Origin: Squalus acanthias
Taxonomy: Eukaryota
Direction of reading: 5' to 3'
NCBI GenBank assembly: GCA_030390025.1
Contig: CM059438.1
Span: forward strand, 65,164,001 to 65,228,000
Length of the DNA stretch: 64,000 bases
Positions 11,581 through 23,711 of this stretch are shown here, one piece after another. Position 1 is the first letter of the stretch. Every line of letters starts with the position of its first letter. A program made the translations under genes and the position numbers. The notes below the pieces were generated by a model that had not been told where the DNA came from, did not search any database, and worked only from the letters and a program-made list of their open reading frames with translations.

Positions 11581-12300
11581 GGTGTCAGCCTTGGCTCAGT
11601 GCTAGTACTCTCACTTCTGAGTCAGAAGGTTGTGGTTTCGAGTCCAACTCCAGAGACTTGGGCACATAATCTAGGCTGATACTTCAATGCGATACTGAGT
11701 GAGTGCTGCACTGCCACAAGTGCCGTCTTTCGGATGAGCTGTTAAACTGAGGCTCCATCTGCCCTCTCAGGTGGATATAAAAGACCCTATGACGCTGTTC
11801 AAAGAGGAACAGGGGAATTCAGCTGGTGTCTTGGCCAACAATTGATCCCTCAACCAACATCATAAAAACGGACTATCTGGTCATTCGTCTCTGCTGTTTG
11901 TGGGAACTTGCTGTGTGCAAATTGGCTGCCGTGTTTCCCTACATTACAACAATGACTACACTTCGATTGAGACTCTCAGTTGCCTCCGGACTGGTGTCGG
12001 GCACTGCAGAGCCCTCATGCAGAACTGGGGATACAGCCAAACTGATGCTGCCAACTGTGACTGCGGAGAGGCATCTCAAACAATGGAGCATCTCCTAGTA
12101 TGCCCTCTACTATCAGACCTAAAGATCTGATCGGCTTCAACTCTCGAGCCAGAGCCTGCGTGGAACATTGGCGGGGGAAGGTGTAGCGGCACGACACGAC
12201 ATGACGATGACTACACTTCAAAAGTACTTCATTGATTGTGAAGCACTTTGGGACATGCTGAGGTCATGGAAAGGAGCTATATAAATGAGAGTTCATTCAT
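11581..12300 (+). mobile_element. Full-length SacSINE1/DeuSINE-like SINE interrupted by a LINE fragment
   Basis: tRNA-like head (tggctcagtg A box, gtttcgagtcc B box), Deu-domain-like body (cctctcaggtggat...tggtcatt...gctgtttgtgggaacttgctgtgtgcaaattggctgcc), L2-like tail. Confidence 0.8.
11965..12206 (+). mobile_element. 3' end of an I-group (Ingi/Vingi-like) non-LTR retrotransposon
   Basis: Encodes LRTGVGHCRALMQNWG...CDCGEASQTMEHLLVC (C-terminal CCHC knuckle); short-repeat tail; 13-bp TSD atgactacacttc (11952-11964, 12207-12219). Clade assignment is from motif recall. Confidence 0.7.
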
Positions 12301-13099
12301 TAATTCAACAAACCAAAGATCCGGGAGTGGAAGAGAATGGATGGTCTCAGCGGACGTATCAAAGCAGTTTGACAATGAGAAAAAGTGGCAGGTGGAAGAA
12401 TGAGGTGACAAGAGGTTAGCAACAATGGCATTTGTCACCGTGATTGATTAAACACAAATGAGATTTCCCTGAGGAACTGGCATCACAGGAGTTAATAAAT
12501 CAATTTTGCTATGGGGCTAAACCAAATTAAATCTTTTGGCATGTTTATACAATCTGACCTTTGTCTAATAATTACAACCGGATTTCTTGGTTAAAAAAAA
12601 TGTGACTCTGCTGATTAGTTTTCACGATCAAGTGATGGGTTGAATGATAAAACATGCCCTTGGTCAATCAGTTACTGAAATGACATGTCATGTGACCTTT
12701 ACTCTTGCGTTCCATTCATTGAATCCACGATCATGTCTTTGCTGTCAGGTTTGAGACGAGTGTTGTTCAATTAATGTCAGTCATTCCAGAAATCAGACAG
12801 TGTTGATTAGACAGACCCCCTTAAGGGCCTAATTAGCTGCTTTGGGCCACTACATCTTCAAAGGTTTAATTAAAGTTCAGTGAGGTAGCAGTCCCCAGAT
12901 CACTTTTGGATCCAACCACATACCAACCGTATATCCTCCATTGTGGCATATGTATGATTTGGCTGCTTCTGTTCAGCATACCATTGTAAATTAACAAGCC
13001 TGCTAAAGTCTCTGCTCTTTCAAAAGCCAACATTGCATGAACGAATACCAGTGCTTAAGTGCTTTATGTAAGAGAGATTAAACAGGATTTTTTCCCACC

Positions 13100-13460
13100 T
13101 TTTCCTGAAAGCAGGAGTATGATTCCGTGGGTGGGCTCTCCCACACCTTGCCCAAGTACACATAACTCATTGTGTGAGCCTTGAGGATGATTATAGGCTG
13201 GCTGTTCGACTATTGGGGTCATGAAGGTCTAGCCTGATTTTTGGCCTCGCCCAATGTCCACCCCTGCACTTCCACGAAAGAGTTGCTGGATCAGAAACTG
13301 CAACCTTAGCTGATTTTCCCCTACAAGATGGTGCCCTGAGGTCAATTGCAGTATTGGCCCCCCCTCGCCAAGCTCACTGAGACCAGCTAACTCGGCAAGC
13401 AATGGAAGTCACACCTGTATGACTCAGTGATTCAATGTATAAACACACCGAGCCATCAGA
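13100..13460 (-). mobile_element. Ancient tRNA-derived SINE (family B), degraded
   Basis: Reverse-complement similarity to 41015-41400 (gctgattttcccct, gctgttcgac, tgtgtgagcc). Confidence 0.55.
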
Positions 13461-14013
13461 TGGAGTCGCAAATCGTCCTCTTTGATAGGATGATGATGTG
13501 TATATTGCAAGACTGAACAGAAATTTGTTCAAATATATTACACTCTAATTCTTACAATTTGATCAATAATGGCCTTACAGATAGAGCCAGGTTTTGTGAT
13601 TGTAACGCTGATGGTATGTCATTCATTTTAAGTGGATTGCCGTCTGCATTACAATTGGAAAATCTAGGCCATAGCTTCCAAGTCTATTGCTTAATCTTTC
13701 ATATTTGCATCGGGGAATCAGCTGTCTGTATCCTAATTTATTATATATCCCTGATAGCGTAGCATTTATGATTTTAAAGGTGAGGCTATCTGGAAGGAAT
13801 AGAGAAGGAAGATAAAACTTGGGGCTTAAACGTTGAGGCTAGTTGGTGGGTTAAATAGACCTACATAATCTAGATGACGCTTCTAGATTGATTGGAATTG
13901 GATTTAAGTTGCTTGAGTTACTTATGAAAAAGTGAAAGCGTTTATATGCTGAGACACAGGTGATGCTAATGATGCCAAATCACTTTATCCCTACCTCCTG
14001 AACTTTGTTCAGT

Positions 14014-14420
14014 CAGTCACTCTCCCCTGCTTTTTCCCCATAGCCCTGCAAATGTTTCCTTTTCAAGTATTTTACCAATTCCTTTTTGAAAGCCACTATT
14101 GAATCTGCTTCCACCAACCTTTCAGGCAGTGCGTTCCAGATCATAACAACTCGCTGTGTAAAAAAAATTCTCCTCCTCTCCCCCCCCCCTTATTCTTTTG
14201 ATAATTATTTTAAATGTGTGTCTTCTGGTTATCATCCCTATCTTATTCAAAACCCCTCATTATTTTGAACAGCTCCATTAAATCTCCCCTTAACCTTCTC
14301 TGCTTGAAGGAGAACAACGCCAGCTTCTCTAACCTCTCCGCATAACTGAAGTGCCTCATCCCTGACACCTTTCCAGTAAATCGCCTCTGCACCTTCTACA
14401 AGGCCTTGACATCCTAAACT
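14014..14420 (-). mobile_element. CR1 LINE 3' fragment
   Basis: Reverse-complement match to the CR1 ORF2 C-terminus; similar to 42147-42400. Confidence 0.8.
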
Positions 14421-16469
14421 GTGCGACTGTTGGAGCTGAATTGGAGGGCAAATGTTTCCCTGTCTGGGAAAGGGTGTTAGTCCTGTACAAGAAAAAACTC
14501 ATCACCCGTTGCCAATCTTTAGTTCGTTCCTGCAATATAGGACTTTGACCATCACTTTGGTTTCTCAATAATAAAACAAGACACTTTCCCATCAGGAAAT
14601 GGAGCGAATCATCCCACACTGCTGTTGTGCACTTCCTGTTTGCCAGTTATACAGTGCCCAAGAATGAGGCTTAGGAACTATTATGAGGTACATTGTCTTA
14701 GCCGTGGCATTGTGTAAAGCAAGAAAGTCCAAAAATAACAGAATTTCTGACATCTATAGCCTTGTGTAGCTATTGAGGTCAGGAGCTCAGCTTAAAATGG
14801 GTTGGTAATGTGGGGAATTAGAACCTCGAAACCAGAGGTCATTACTCACTCAGAGTTGTGCATGCAAATTCTGCACCTTATGAGCAATTATTTTGAAACT
14901 ATTACCGCTAATTTTTCAGGAATTTCATGAGCATATACAGTAATGTTTGCATTTAAAAGTTAAGATTTTTATTTTCTGCATTTAGTTTAATTGATTCTTA
15001 GTTCCCCTTGGCCCTCTGAAGTTGGCTGGTAGAAGGTGCACAGCTTCCTATTGTGACCTGCCCTACAAGTTTCTCTGACGATACCCTCGCTATCTTCTCA
15101 ACTCATCTCCCCACCACCCCATCATGGAACTTGAGTCGATGGGAGCACAGATTGATCGGACCCATCATAGATAGGACCCTTAACATAATGGAGATGGATC
15201 TGATGACCCACACTCATGTCCAGTGTTGCTCAGCAGTGCAGCAGGAGTGCAACATCGACTAAATTGCACCGTAGATACACTCCGGACGTCAGACTAAATT
15301 AACAGCTGAAGGTCATGACTTTGCTGCCATAGGAGACCAGCGAGTTATTGCCACAAAAATGTGACACCGATGTCCAGTGCAACAGGCCGCTCATTGCTCA
15401 ATCAGATGACTAATTGCACCGACATTCTTGATACATGGTCTAACTGCCCTGCTCCAACTAACAGCCCAGTGACACTGACTACTATTCCAGTTCTCGCCTG
15501 CTAAAATCTCTACACTTTTGTGATGCTCAGCTCCTCTAGAGCTCTTACTAACAAGCTTAACATTTGAATGAAGTCCTTTTAACTCCCGAACGCACGTGGT
15601 TAAAAAAAGGATACTCAAGCCAAGCTGCTGAATATGGAATTTATCCCATAAATAATAGAGACCAAAACTACTCACTTGTGCCCGCAGCTTTTGCAAGTTA
15701 TTCAGTTCCCCTGGTTCAAGAGGTTAATCTGTATTCAGCACTTGCATCGAGTATCCTCCACTCCTGATACTTGAATAATTTCAGGTTTTTTTAATCTTGT
15801 GCTGTGATCTTTGTGTGAACGTACCCACATTTACAGACCAGATAAAATAGTTTTAATAAATTAAAAAAGCCTGCTGCATTACAATTAGAAAAGTGCAAGG
15901 AGCAGTACAGAAAATCCGCATGAGTCTTCAGTAGAGACTACGGTTCAGCAGAACATTTGATGTTCACTCGATAGAAATTGAATGTCATTACCATCAGCGC
16001 TACAACAGTCCTCAGTGTTTCCTATCCGAGAACAATTCCTTATTTCTCTACTAAAACCTATTGCTGATTGTTTGTTTTGCCCCACACTGTGATGGGCTGT
16101 GCCAACCCACAGTTAGTGAGGGGCACGGTGTGGATACCAACATTGCAGCTGCTCACTATTTGTACCAGTAAATTGGTACGTAGCAAGTCAGTACGCTGTA
16201 GCATCACAGGAACAGTTGGACACATTTCTCAGCTCAAGGTGAAACATTTTAGGAGTGTTGTCTGAGGGGAAACATTCTCAGTTGCAGCCACATTTAGTAT
16301 TCCATGTTGCCTGTGTTAAAGGGAATAAGAAATTAAGTTAGACACTGCTGAATATTTATCTTGAAGAAAAACCATGCCTTTGAATTGTAATTATTCAGAT
16401 CTGCCCGTCCATGTGTTCAGCCCTAGGACAGGTCGTAACTCAAGTCTCAAACATGAGATTCTTGAGCCA

Positions 16470-16885
16470 CTTACTAGGGAAGAATAGCTGAGGTGGTTTC
16501 CCATTGCCTTCCTCGCATTTTCTTTTATCTTCGGAGTACCTTCTCCGAGGTGGGCTGCAACAAAGGCTAAAGAGCCCCACCTACTCTTTACGATCGGGGA
16601 GCGCCACCCGCACCCATCGGATACCATGGATACCCATGGACATCAACCCAGTATTCAGAGCCAGCGCTCCGATCTCCGCTCGTCAGAGTGGGGCTCGAAC
16701 TCTCCACCTTCTGACTCAGACTGGAATACTACCACTGAGCCAGTGGTCAGTCCGTCCTCTGCTGGATGTCAACCCAGTAATTAGAGACCATTTTCTAATC
16801 TCCACTCGCCAGAGTAGTCTGGAATGGGGCTCGGACTCTGCACCTTCTGACTCAGAGGCAAGAATGATGCCACTAAGCCAAGGTT
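16470..16885 (-). mobile_element. Composite SINE-like element: two tandem tRNA-like heads plus an RTE-UTR-like segment
   Basis: Duplicated heads ~16640-16742 and ~16768-16883 (tcaacccagta...ggggctcgRactct...ccttctgactcaga...ccactRagcca); downstream minus-strand gaaggcaatgggaaaccac resembles RTE/Bov-A sequence. Confidence 0.45.
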
Positions 16886-17108
16886 TCACTCCAACAAATC
16901 AGGTATAGAGTTGAAAATATGACAATATTGTTCAATGAAAACTGCCAGCATTTCTGGATTTAATGGCTAAGAAAATGGCTTCCAGATTCCCACATGCTAA
17001 TTTAATCAGACTCTGCTTTTATGTCAGTGGCAGTACGGCATAGTTTTTTTTAATGCATGAATTGTAATTGGTCATTCTTTTTCCTTTCCTTGGTGCAGCA
17101 TGGAAGAA

Positions 17109-17740
17109 CTACAACTTGTATTTATATAGTGCCTTTAACGTACTAAAACGTCCCAAGGCGCTGCACAGGAGTATTTTAAGACAACAAATTTGACACCGAT
17201 CCACATAAGGATAAATTAGGGCAGGTGATCAAAGAGGTAGATTTTAAGGAGCGTCTTAAAGGAGGAAAGAGAGGTAGAGAGGCGGAGAGGTTCAGGGAGG
17301 GAATTCGAGAGCTTCGGGCCTGGGCAACAGAAGGCACGGCCACCAATGGTTGAGCGATTATAATCAGGGATCCTCAAGAGGGCAGAATTAGCGGAGCGCA
17401 GATATCTCGGGGGGTTGTGGGGCTGAAGGAGATTACAGAGATAGGGAGGGGCGAGGCCATGGAAGGATTTGAAAACAAGGATGAGAATTTTGAAATCGAG
17501 GCGCTGCTTAACCAGGAGCCAATGTAGGTCAGCGAGCATAAGGGTGATGGGCGAACGGCTCTTAGTGAGAGTTAGGACACGGGCAGCCAAGTTTTGGATG
17601 ACCTCAAGTTTACGTAGGGTGGAATGTGCAGGAGTGCGTTGGAATAGTCAAATCTAGAGGTAACAAAGACATGGATGAGGGTTTCAGCAACGGATGAACT
17701 GAGGCAGGGACAGAGACGGGCGATGTTACGGAGGTGGAAC
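17109..17740 (-). mobile_element. L2 LINE 3' end (ORF2 C-terminus)
   Basis: AARVLT...SPIT.ML.DLHWL.VKQRLDFKILILVFK..HGLAPPYL, the typical L2 C-terminus. Confidence 0.9.
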
Positions 17741-18114
17741 TACTTAAGTGCTTTGAGCTAACATGGGCAACATGTTACCAGCTGAGGAAACGTTAAGTTA
17801 AATGTAACTGTTTCAGATCAAGATCTTTGGACATGGGCTGGAATGATTGCCGCCTTCCACTTAGGGGTAACCAGTTGAGAAAATCACAAAAACACGATGG
17901 GTGTTGAGATGTACAATGTTATTGAGCCCTTGTATAAAATTTTCATCAACTTAGTAGGACAAAACGTGAACAGTTAGAATTAAACTGCACAAAGTTTGAA
18001 TGCTTTGTTGGAAATAGAAAGAAAATAAAGACTTGTTTACATAACATCTTATTGGTTGTCTCAGAAATGTCCCAAAGTGCTTCATGTCATAGAATTACTT
18101 TGAAGTACAATTAC

Positions 18115-18915
18115 TGTTCGACCTCCCCGATTTCTCTGCAACCTTTGACATGCTTGACAACACCATCCTCTTCCAATGCCTCTCCTCCGTTGTCCAGCTC
18201 AGTGGGACTGCCCTCTCTTGGTTCCACTCTTACCTGTCAAATTGTAGCCAAGATCCTCTTCAGCACTGGATTCTCTTCCCACCCCCGTACCCTTACCTTG
18301 GGAGTCCCTCAATGATCTATCCTTGGCCCATACCTCTTCCTCTTCTATATTCTGCTCCCTTGTTCACATCATCCAAAGATATGGGGTCAGCTTCACTGAC
18401 AACACCCAGCTCTACTTCATGACCGCTCTCAACTTCTCCACTGCTTCTGTGTTGTTGCATTGGTTCTTCAACATCCATTCTTGGGTTAGCTGCAAATTTC
18501 TCCAGTTAAATAATAGTCCCAGCCACAAATTCCATATCCTTGCTACTGATTCCATCCTCCTGTTTAAATACTACCTCTCCCCTTTCTATCTCTGTAACCT
18601 CCTCTAGCCCTACATCCTCCCGCAAAAAATTCTCCTTTCCTCCGACTATGTCCTTCTGTGCGTCCCCCGTTCCTCCCAACCCCCGACCACCACCACCACT
18701 GTCAGCTGTGCCTTCAGCTGCCTAGGCCCTGCACTTTGAAATTTCCTACTTAAGTCCCTCGTCTCCTTTAAGACCCTGCTTAAAACCCACCTGACCCCCT
18801 ACCATTATCTCCTCCTTTAACTTGGCATCCATTTTCATCTGATTCCGCCTTTGTGAAGCACCTTGGGACGTTTTTCTGCATTAATGGTGCTATATATATG
18901 GACGTTGTTGTTGTT
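18115..18915 (+). mobile_element. Degraded L2 LINE (RT to 3' end)
   Basis: GTALSWFHSYLS, GVPQ, FTDNTQLY remnants; (GTT)n tail. Confidence 0.8.
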
Positions 18916-20034
18916 GTACTGTTATATGTGGCAACCATTTTACTCACAGCAAGATCCCACAAACATGAGATGCTGATCTGTTTTGGTTTTGCTGATGGGC
19001 GCGGGAGGATGATTGACCAGGGCACCAGGAGAACTCCTTACTCTTCAACGTGGGATCTTCTTCGTTCGCCTGAACCACTGCAACAGGCGACAGCTTGGTT
19101 TAACATTTTGTTTGAAGAATGGCACTTCCAGCAATGCAACAGTCTTGATAGTCTCCCGAAAAGTATGGAATACAGGTAGGAGCTAGCAGGTCAGTTGGCT
19201 TATCGACAAAATCATAGTTATTGTTTTGATGACACAAATGTTTTACGTTCAAGTCTCAAATTTTCTACAGATTAAAAAGTCAAAATACTAAAACGAAATT
19301 ACAAACTAGATCATTTGGCAAGATTTAAATTGGTGTGGTAAGAACTAGGGATTTTCTTCATCTGATAAATGAGCTGTAAGTGGAATAATTTATTTAATGA
19401 AAAACACAGCGTGAAGGAAATTGTGCTGGTGCATCCTAATATGCTCAGCAAGGGTCACCATTAAAATATAGGAGATCGTCTAACTTGGTGCCAAAATCCT
19501 GCTTCATCTCTGTTTGCCCCTGTCCAAGGCACAGAGGTATCATTGTAGGCAATTACAAGTGCCTGTAGTAACAGAAAGTTTATCCTTCGAGCCCTTCTGC
19601 TATAGGGCTGTTGAAAAGCTATGAAGCCGGAAAATATTTATGATTATTGGGCATAATGTAGGGATTATCACGACATGTATTGGAATTAGCTGTGAGCGGA
19701 ATAATAGCTTCAATTAAAAAAAACAGCGTGAAAGAAAATATGGCACAGCATCTTAATGTTCCAGACAAGATCCATCATTAAAAATGAACATTTTAGTCTC
19801 TTAACAATGAAGCTGAGTAGAAATTATAATTATGGATTAACTGAAATGCCTTTCTTTAAGGTTTGGAGCCTATTTCCCGAAAACAAAATCTGGACGGGCA
19901 CCTTCCAATCCACTCAGCTTTTGAAGCTTTTGCATGTCTTACTTTATCAACATCGTGATTACATAACTATTTTATCATTCTTCCACTTCCTTGCTGAGTC
20001 CAAGTGTCTGCTCATTGTGTCAATGATCTATGAC

Positions 20035-20635
20035 ATGGACCATGTACAGCAGGCACCTCAAAGCACTGGAGAGGTACCACCAATGCTGCCTCCGCAAGAT
20101 CCTGCAAATCCATTGGCAGGATAGGTGCACCAACGTCAGTGTTCTCGCTCAGGCCAACATCCCCAGCATCGAAGCTTTGACCAATCAGCTCCAATGGACA
20201 GGTCAAATTGTCCGCATGCCCGATACGAGACTCCCAAAACAAGCGCTCTACTCGGAGCTCCGGCACGGCAAGAGAGCCCCAGGTGGGCAGAGGAAATGCT
20301 TCAAGGACACCCTCAAAGCCTCCTTGAAAAAGTGTAACATCCCCACCGACACCTGGGAATCCCTGGCCCAAGATGCAGAAAGTGGAGGAGAAGCATCCGG
20401 GAAGGCGGCGAACACCTCGAGTCTCTTCGCCGGGGGCAAGCGGAAGCCAAGCGCAAGCAGCGCAAGGAGCTCACGTCAACCCAAGCACCCCACCCACCCG
20501 CCCCTTCAACCACCGTCTGCCCCACCTGTGACAGAGACTGTAGGTCCCGCATTGGACTCATCAGTCACCTGAGAACTCATTTTTAATGTGGAAGCAAGTC
20601 ATCCTCGGTTCCGAGGGACTGCCTAAGAAGAAGGA
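20035..20635 (+). mobile_element. RTE (BovB-like) LINE 3' fragment
   Basis: WTMYSRHLKALERYHQCCLRKILQIHWQD...RMPDTRLPKQALYSEL...KDTLKASLK; frameshifted CPTC...HLRTH finger; (AAG)n tail; 10-bp TSD gatctatgac (20025-20034, 20636-20645). Confidence 0.9.
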
Positions 20636-20753
20636 GATCTATGACTTCTGTCACTTGGAGGCTGATTGCCGATGACAAGGTATTTTTGTAACTTTTCCAT
20701 TGCAGCCAAAGCAAAGCATGCGTGAACTGATAACCTGCTTCTCTTTCTCTCAG

Positions 20754-20774
20754 CTGTCAGAGAACTAACTAGAT
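20754..20774 (+). other. Candidate 21-nt microexon of an unidentified host gene
   Basis: ctgcttctctttctctcag|CTGTCAGAGAACTAACTAGAT|gtgagt: strong acceptor and donor; only the phase-1 frame is open (xVRELTRx). Confidence 0.35.
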
Positions 20775-22987
20775 GTGAGTCTCATGCATTCAGCCTTGGG
20801 CGTGGACAGTACTTTTAACTTCACAATTTGACTTGGGCAGCAAGCATGAGAAATGGTCCTTGCATTGGCTCCCAAATGCCATGCCCACACTGGCTAGACC
20901 GCATCCCAAAATCTGTACTTCAGCCTAACATTTCCAAAAGGTTGGGAAACCTGATATTAACGGCATCATGCTGTCATACTAAAGTAGAGTTTCATCCTCT
21001 ATCAAGGCATTAATGAGCCTCTGGTTGGATGATGCTAAATGGAGAAGAATCAGTACTTATTCACACAGATTCCAGGCTTAGCGGCATTGTAACAGGGCCC
21101 ACTTTAAGAAACAACTGTGATGAGATAAAAGGAAAATCCAAGAACACTGGTAAATTGGAAATAAAAACAGAACCTGCTGGGAATTACAGCAGGTCAGTCA
21201 GCCTCAGAAAAGTTATCTGAACAGCTGAACGACCGACTCAATCTCTTTCAGTTGCTAGTTGGCCTGCACACCACTTCTGGAATTTTCTGCCTTTAAACAA
21301 ATGACCAAGTTCTGCACCACAAGTGAGGCTGCCCTTTTCCATTGAACATTAGGTCGAGAAAGGAAAACCCTTGTGTGTTTTTTTGTTGAGAAACCTAGAT
21401 AAAGGACTAATGCCTCTAATGCAGGACCCAACCAAAGTAGAATAGAGTACAAGAGAAAATGAGTCAAGAAGTAGTTCAAAGGTGCATTACAAGTGGAATT
21501 GGGGAAAAGAGAATAAGACCATTATTGACAGATTTCTAGCACAAAATTATGTGGCATTCATTCAAAAATGTTGTATCTTTGCAGCCTTTTAATTCCAGGA
21601 AAGGAAAATGTGGTTGGGGAGCCACATTTTCTGCTCCGAACACCTTGAAAACAAGAAATTATTTCTAAAATAGCCTAGATACCACTAGTGCAGGATATTA
21701 TTGTCCTCAATTAATCATTTCATCTGAAGACGAGCATAATATGAACATGTAGTCTTTGTGACATACCTGCTAAAGTGTTTGAGGAAGACAAAGCCTAACT
21801 GACCTAAACCAGTCAGTCACCTTTTAAGTAACCCACAGGTTTAGAGAGGGCTTGTTTCTCGAAACCTTGAAAGTGAAGTTACTGTCATGAGATTCAAGCT
21901 TATTCATAAAAAATGAATTTACCAAAGGCAAAAAACATCTCTTTAAGCTTCTGAACATTATTCATTCAGCGACTGTGATAGATCAATATATAAAGAATAG
22001 AACTGAGCATAGAATGCAAGAAATATAGGATGCAAGAAGCAGTAATTATAAACTCAATGTGCTTCACTCTGTACATATCAAAGGGAAAAGATGGCATTAA
22101 TTAGAATGTGTTTGGATTTAATGAATATTTCTAATGAATTATTCCTTTGTTTCATTTCATTTCATTTTATTTTCTGGAATGCTCTACTGCATCGTCATGG
22201 CCATAAGGTTATGGAAATACAGATGATAATCTCTTGGAATTGAGCAAATGAGGTTCTATTCTGTTTTTAGTGCCATTAACTTCAAGGTAAATTGAGTTGT
22301 CACTCTAGTTTTGTCTTTCCAATTACCTTGCTCTTACCCAGACTGTATATTTGTTCTGATCTTAGCCTTGGAAAGTTATGTGCACTCAATTATAAAGTCC
22401 TTGTAGTTTTCCACGTCGAGTGAAACAATCCTAATGACTCTACATGGAGATAGTCAGAGATTCATGTCATTCTCCACCCACACTCCTGTTCTTTTTCCTT
22501 TGTTGTTTTAGTTGAGCAACCGTTAATACACAACAAAATATTGGAACAAATGAGAAATTGAACGATTCCCTCGCAGCTTAGGAAATTGAATATTAACATC
22601 GGATTTGAAAGGATGAGAAGGAATGAATGATTTGGCGAAGTGAAATGTGTAACAAGTAGTAAGATTTATGACCAGATCTGTCTTGATAGAAAAGGCAGCA
22701 AATGATCCAACTGAAGTTCATGTGCTGGTGAGGTCATTGTAAAATCCGCATTCCAAGCTTTACGAGAATTTGCCTTTGGGAAGTTGAGTTAATTTAACAT
22801 TATGGATACTTGATTGTGCGTAAGTTGTTAGAACTGAGGCCAATTTGTCTCTGTGCCTGGGTTTGATTCCTAATCCCATCAAAGGGAGTTGATAGCAAAA
22901 TACTGCAGATGCTGGAAATCCGAAATAACAACAGAAAACGCTGGAAAAACTCAGCAGGCCAGGCAGCATCCGTGGAGAGAGAAAGAG

Positions 22988-23024
22988 AGTTGACGTTTCA
23001 GGTCGATGACCTTTCATCAGAACT
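22988..23024 (-). ncRNA. Minimal type-I hammerhead ribozyme motif (family B)
   Basis: Mirror copy of 23087-23123. Confidence 0.78.
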
Positions 23025-23086
23025 GGGAAGAGCTGGAAATCAAATAGATTTAAGGCCTTAAATCTATTTGATTTCCAGCTCTTCCC

Positions 23087-23123
23087 AGTTCTGATGAAAG
23101 GTCATCGACCTGAAACGTCAACT
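23087..23123 (+). ncRNA. Minimal type-I hammerhead ribozyme motif (family B)
   Basis: AGTT-CTGATGA-A-AGGTC-ATC-GACCT-GAAA-CG-TC-AACT: intact core, 5-bp helix II, palindromic ACGU helix III, GUC triplet (cleavage after 23119). Confidence 0.8.
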
Positions 23124-23711
23124 CTCTTTCTCTCTCCACGGATGCTGCCTGGCCTGCTGAGTTTTTCCAGCGTTTTCTGTTGTTATAAAGGGAGTTGATG
23201 TTCGTCTTTCTGTGACGGTCCTCTGATGTGAAGGGGAAAAAAATTCCCCTCCTGCGCTCCCGACACATAGCGCATGATTTTTGTCCATTTAGGTCAGTGG
23301 ATGGAAAATCGGGCTGGCAAGGTGCAATTTCTCAATTCATGCTGGTAGTGGGCACTGGGAACACGGAATTTTGACACCAAATTGAGTTTAGTTCCATTGC
23401 ATGTGATGATGCAGTGTAAAATCTGGCAAAATCCAATGCATTTGTGTCAGCATCAGCACCGTCAGGGCAACTTCGGCACAGAGACCTGTGAGTAAAGCTC
23501 ACTCTGCTCTGCCCCCCACAATGTCCATGAGCTCTGACCTTGGAAGAGCACCCCTGACTACACCAGTGTGACATTTTCCCCATTCCCCGCACCAGCCATC
23601 CCGTGGCCTCTCTGAGGGAGCTCACCAGCTAGCACTGAATTAGGGGCAGTTTTGTGCCGTACGCCCATGCCCACTATTAAGACTGCCCAAGCTCATTTCA
23701 TGTCGGACCTT

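Larger units (their letters stand above)
22894..23186. mobile_element. Penelope-like element (family B), perfect palindrome plus tail
   Basis: 131-bp arms 22925-23055 / 23056-23186 with no spacer, 31-nt tail 22894-22924, 13-bp TSD aaagggagttgat (22881-22893, 23187-23199). Confidence 0.88.

Noticed and set aside
12420..12900. Putative conserved enhancers rich in TAAT motifs (also ~32600-33400, ~34570-34800, ~49880-50050)
   Set aside because: Repeat-free and suggestive, but conservation cannot be shown without alignments.
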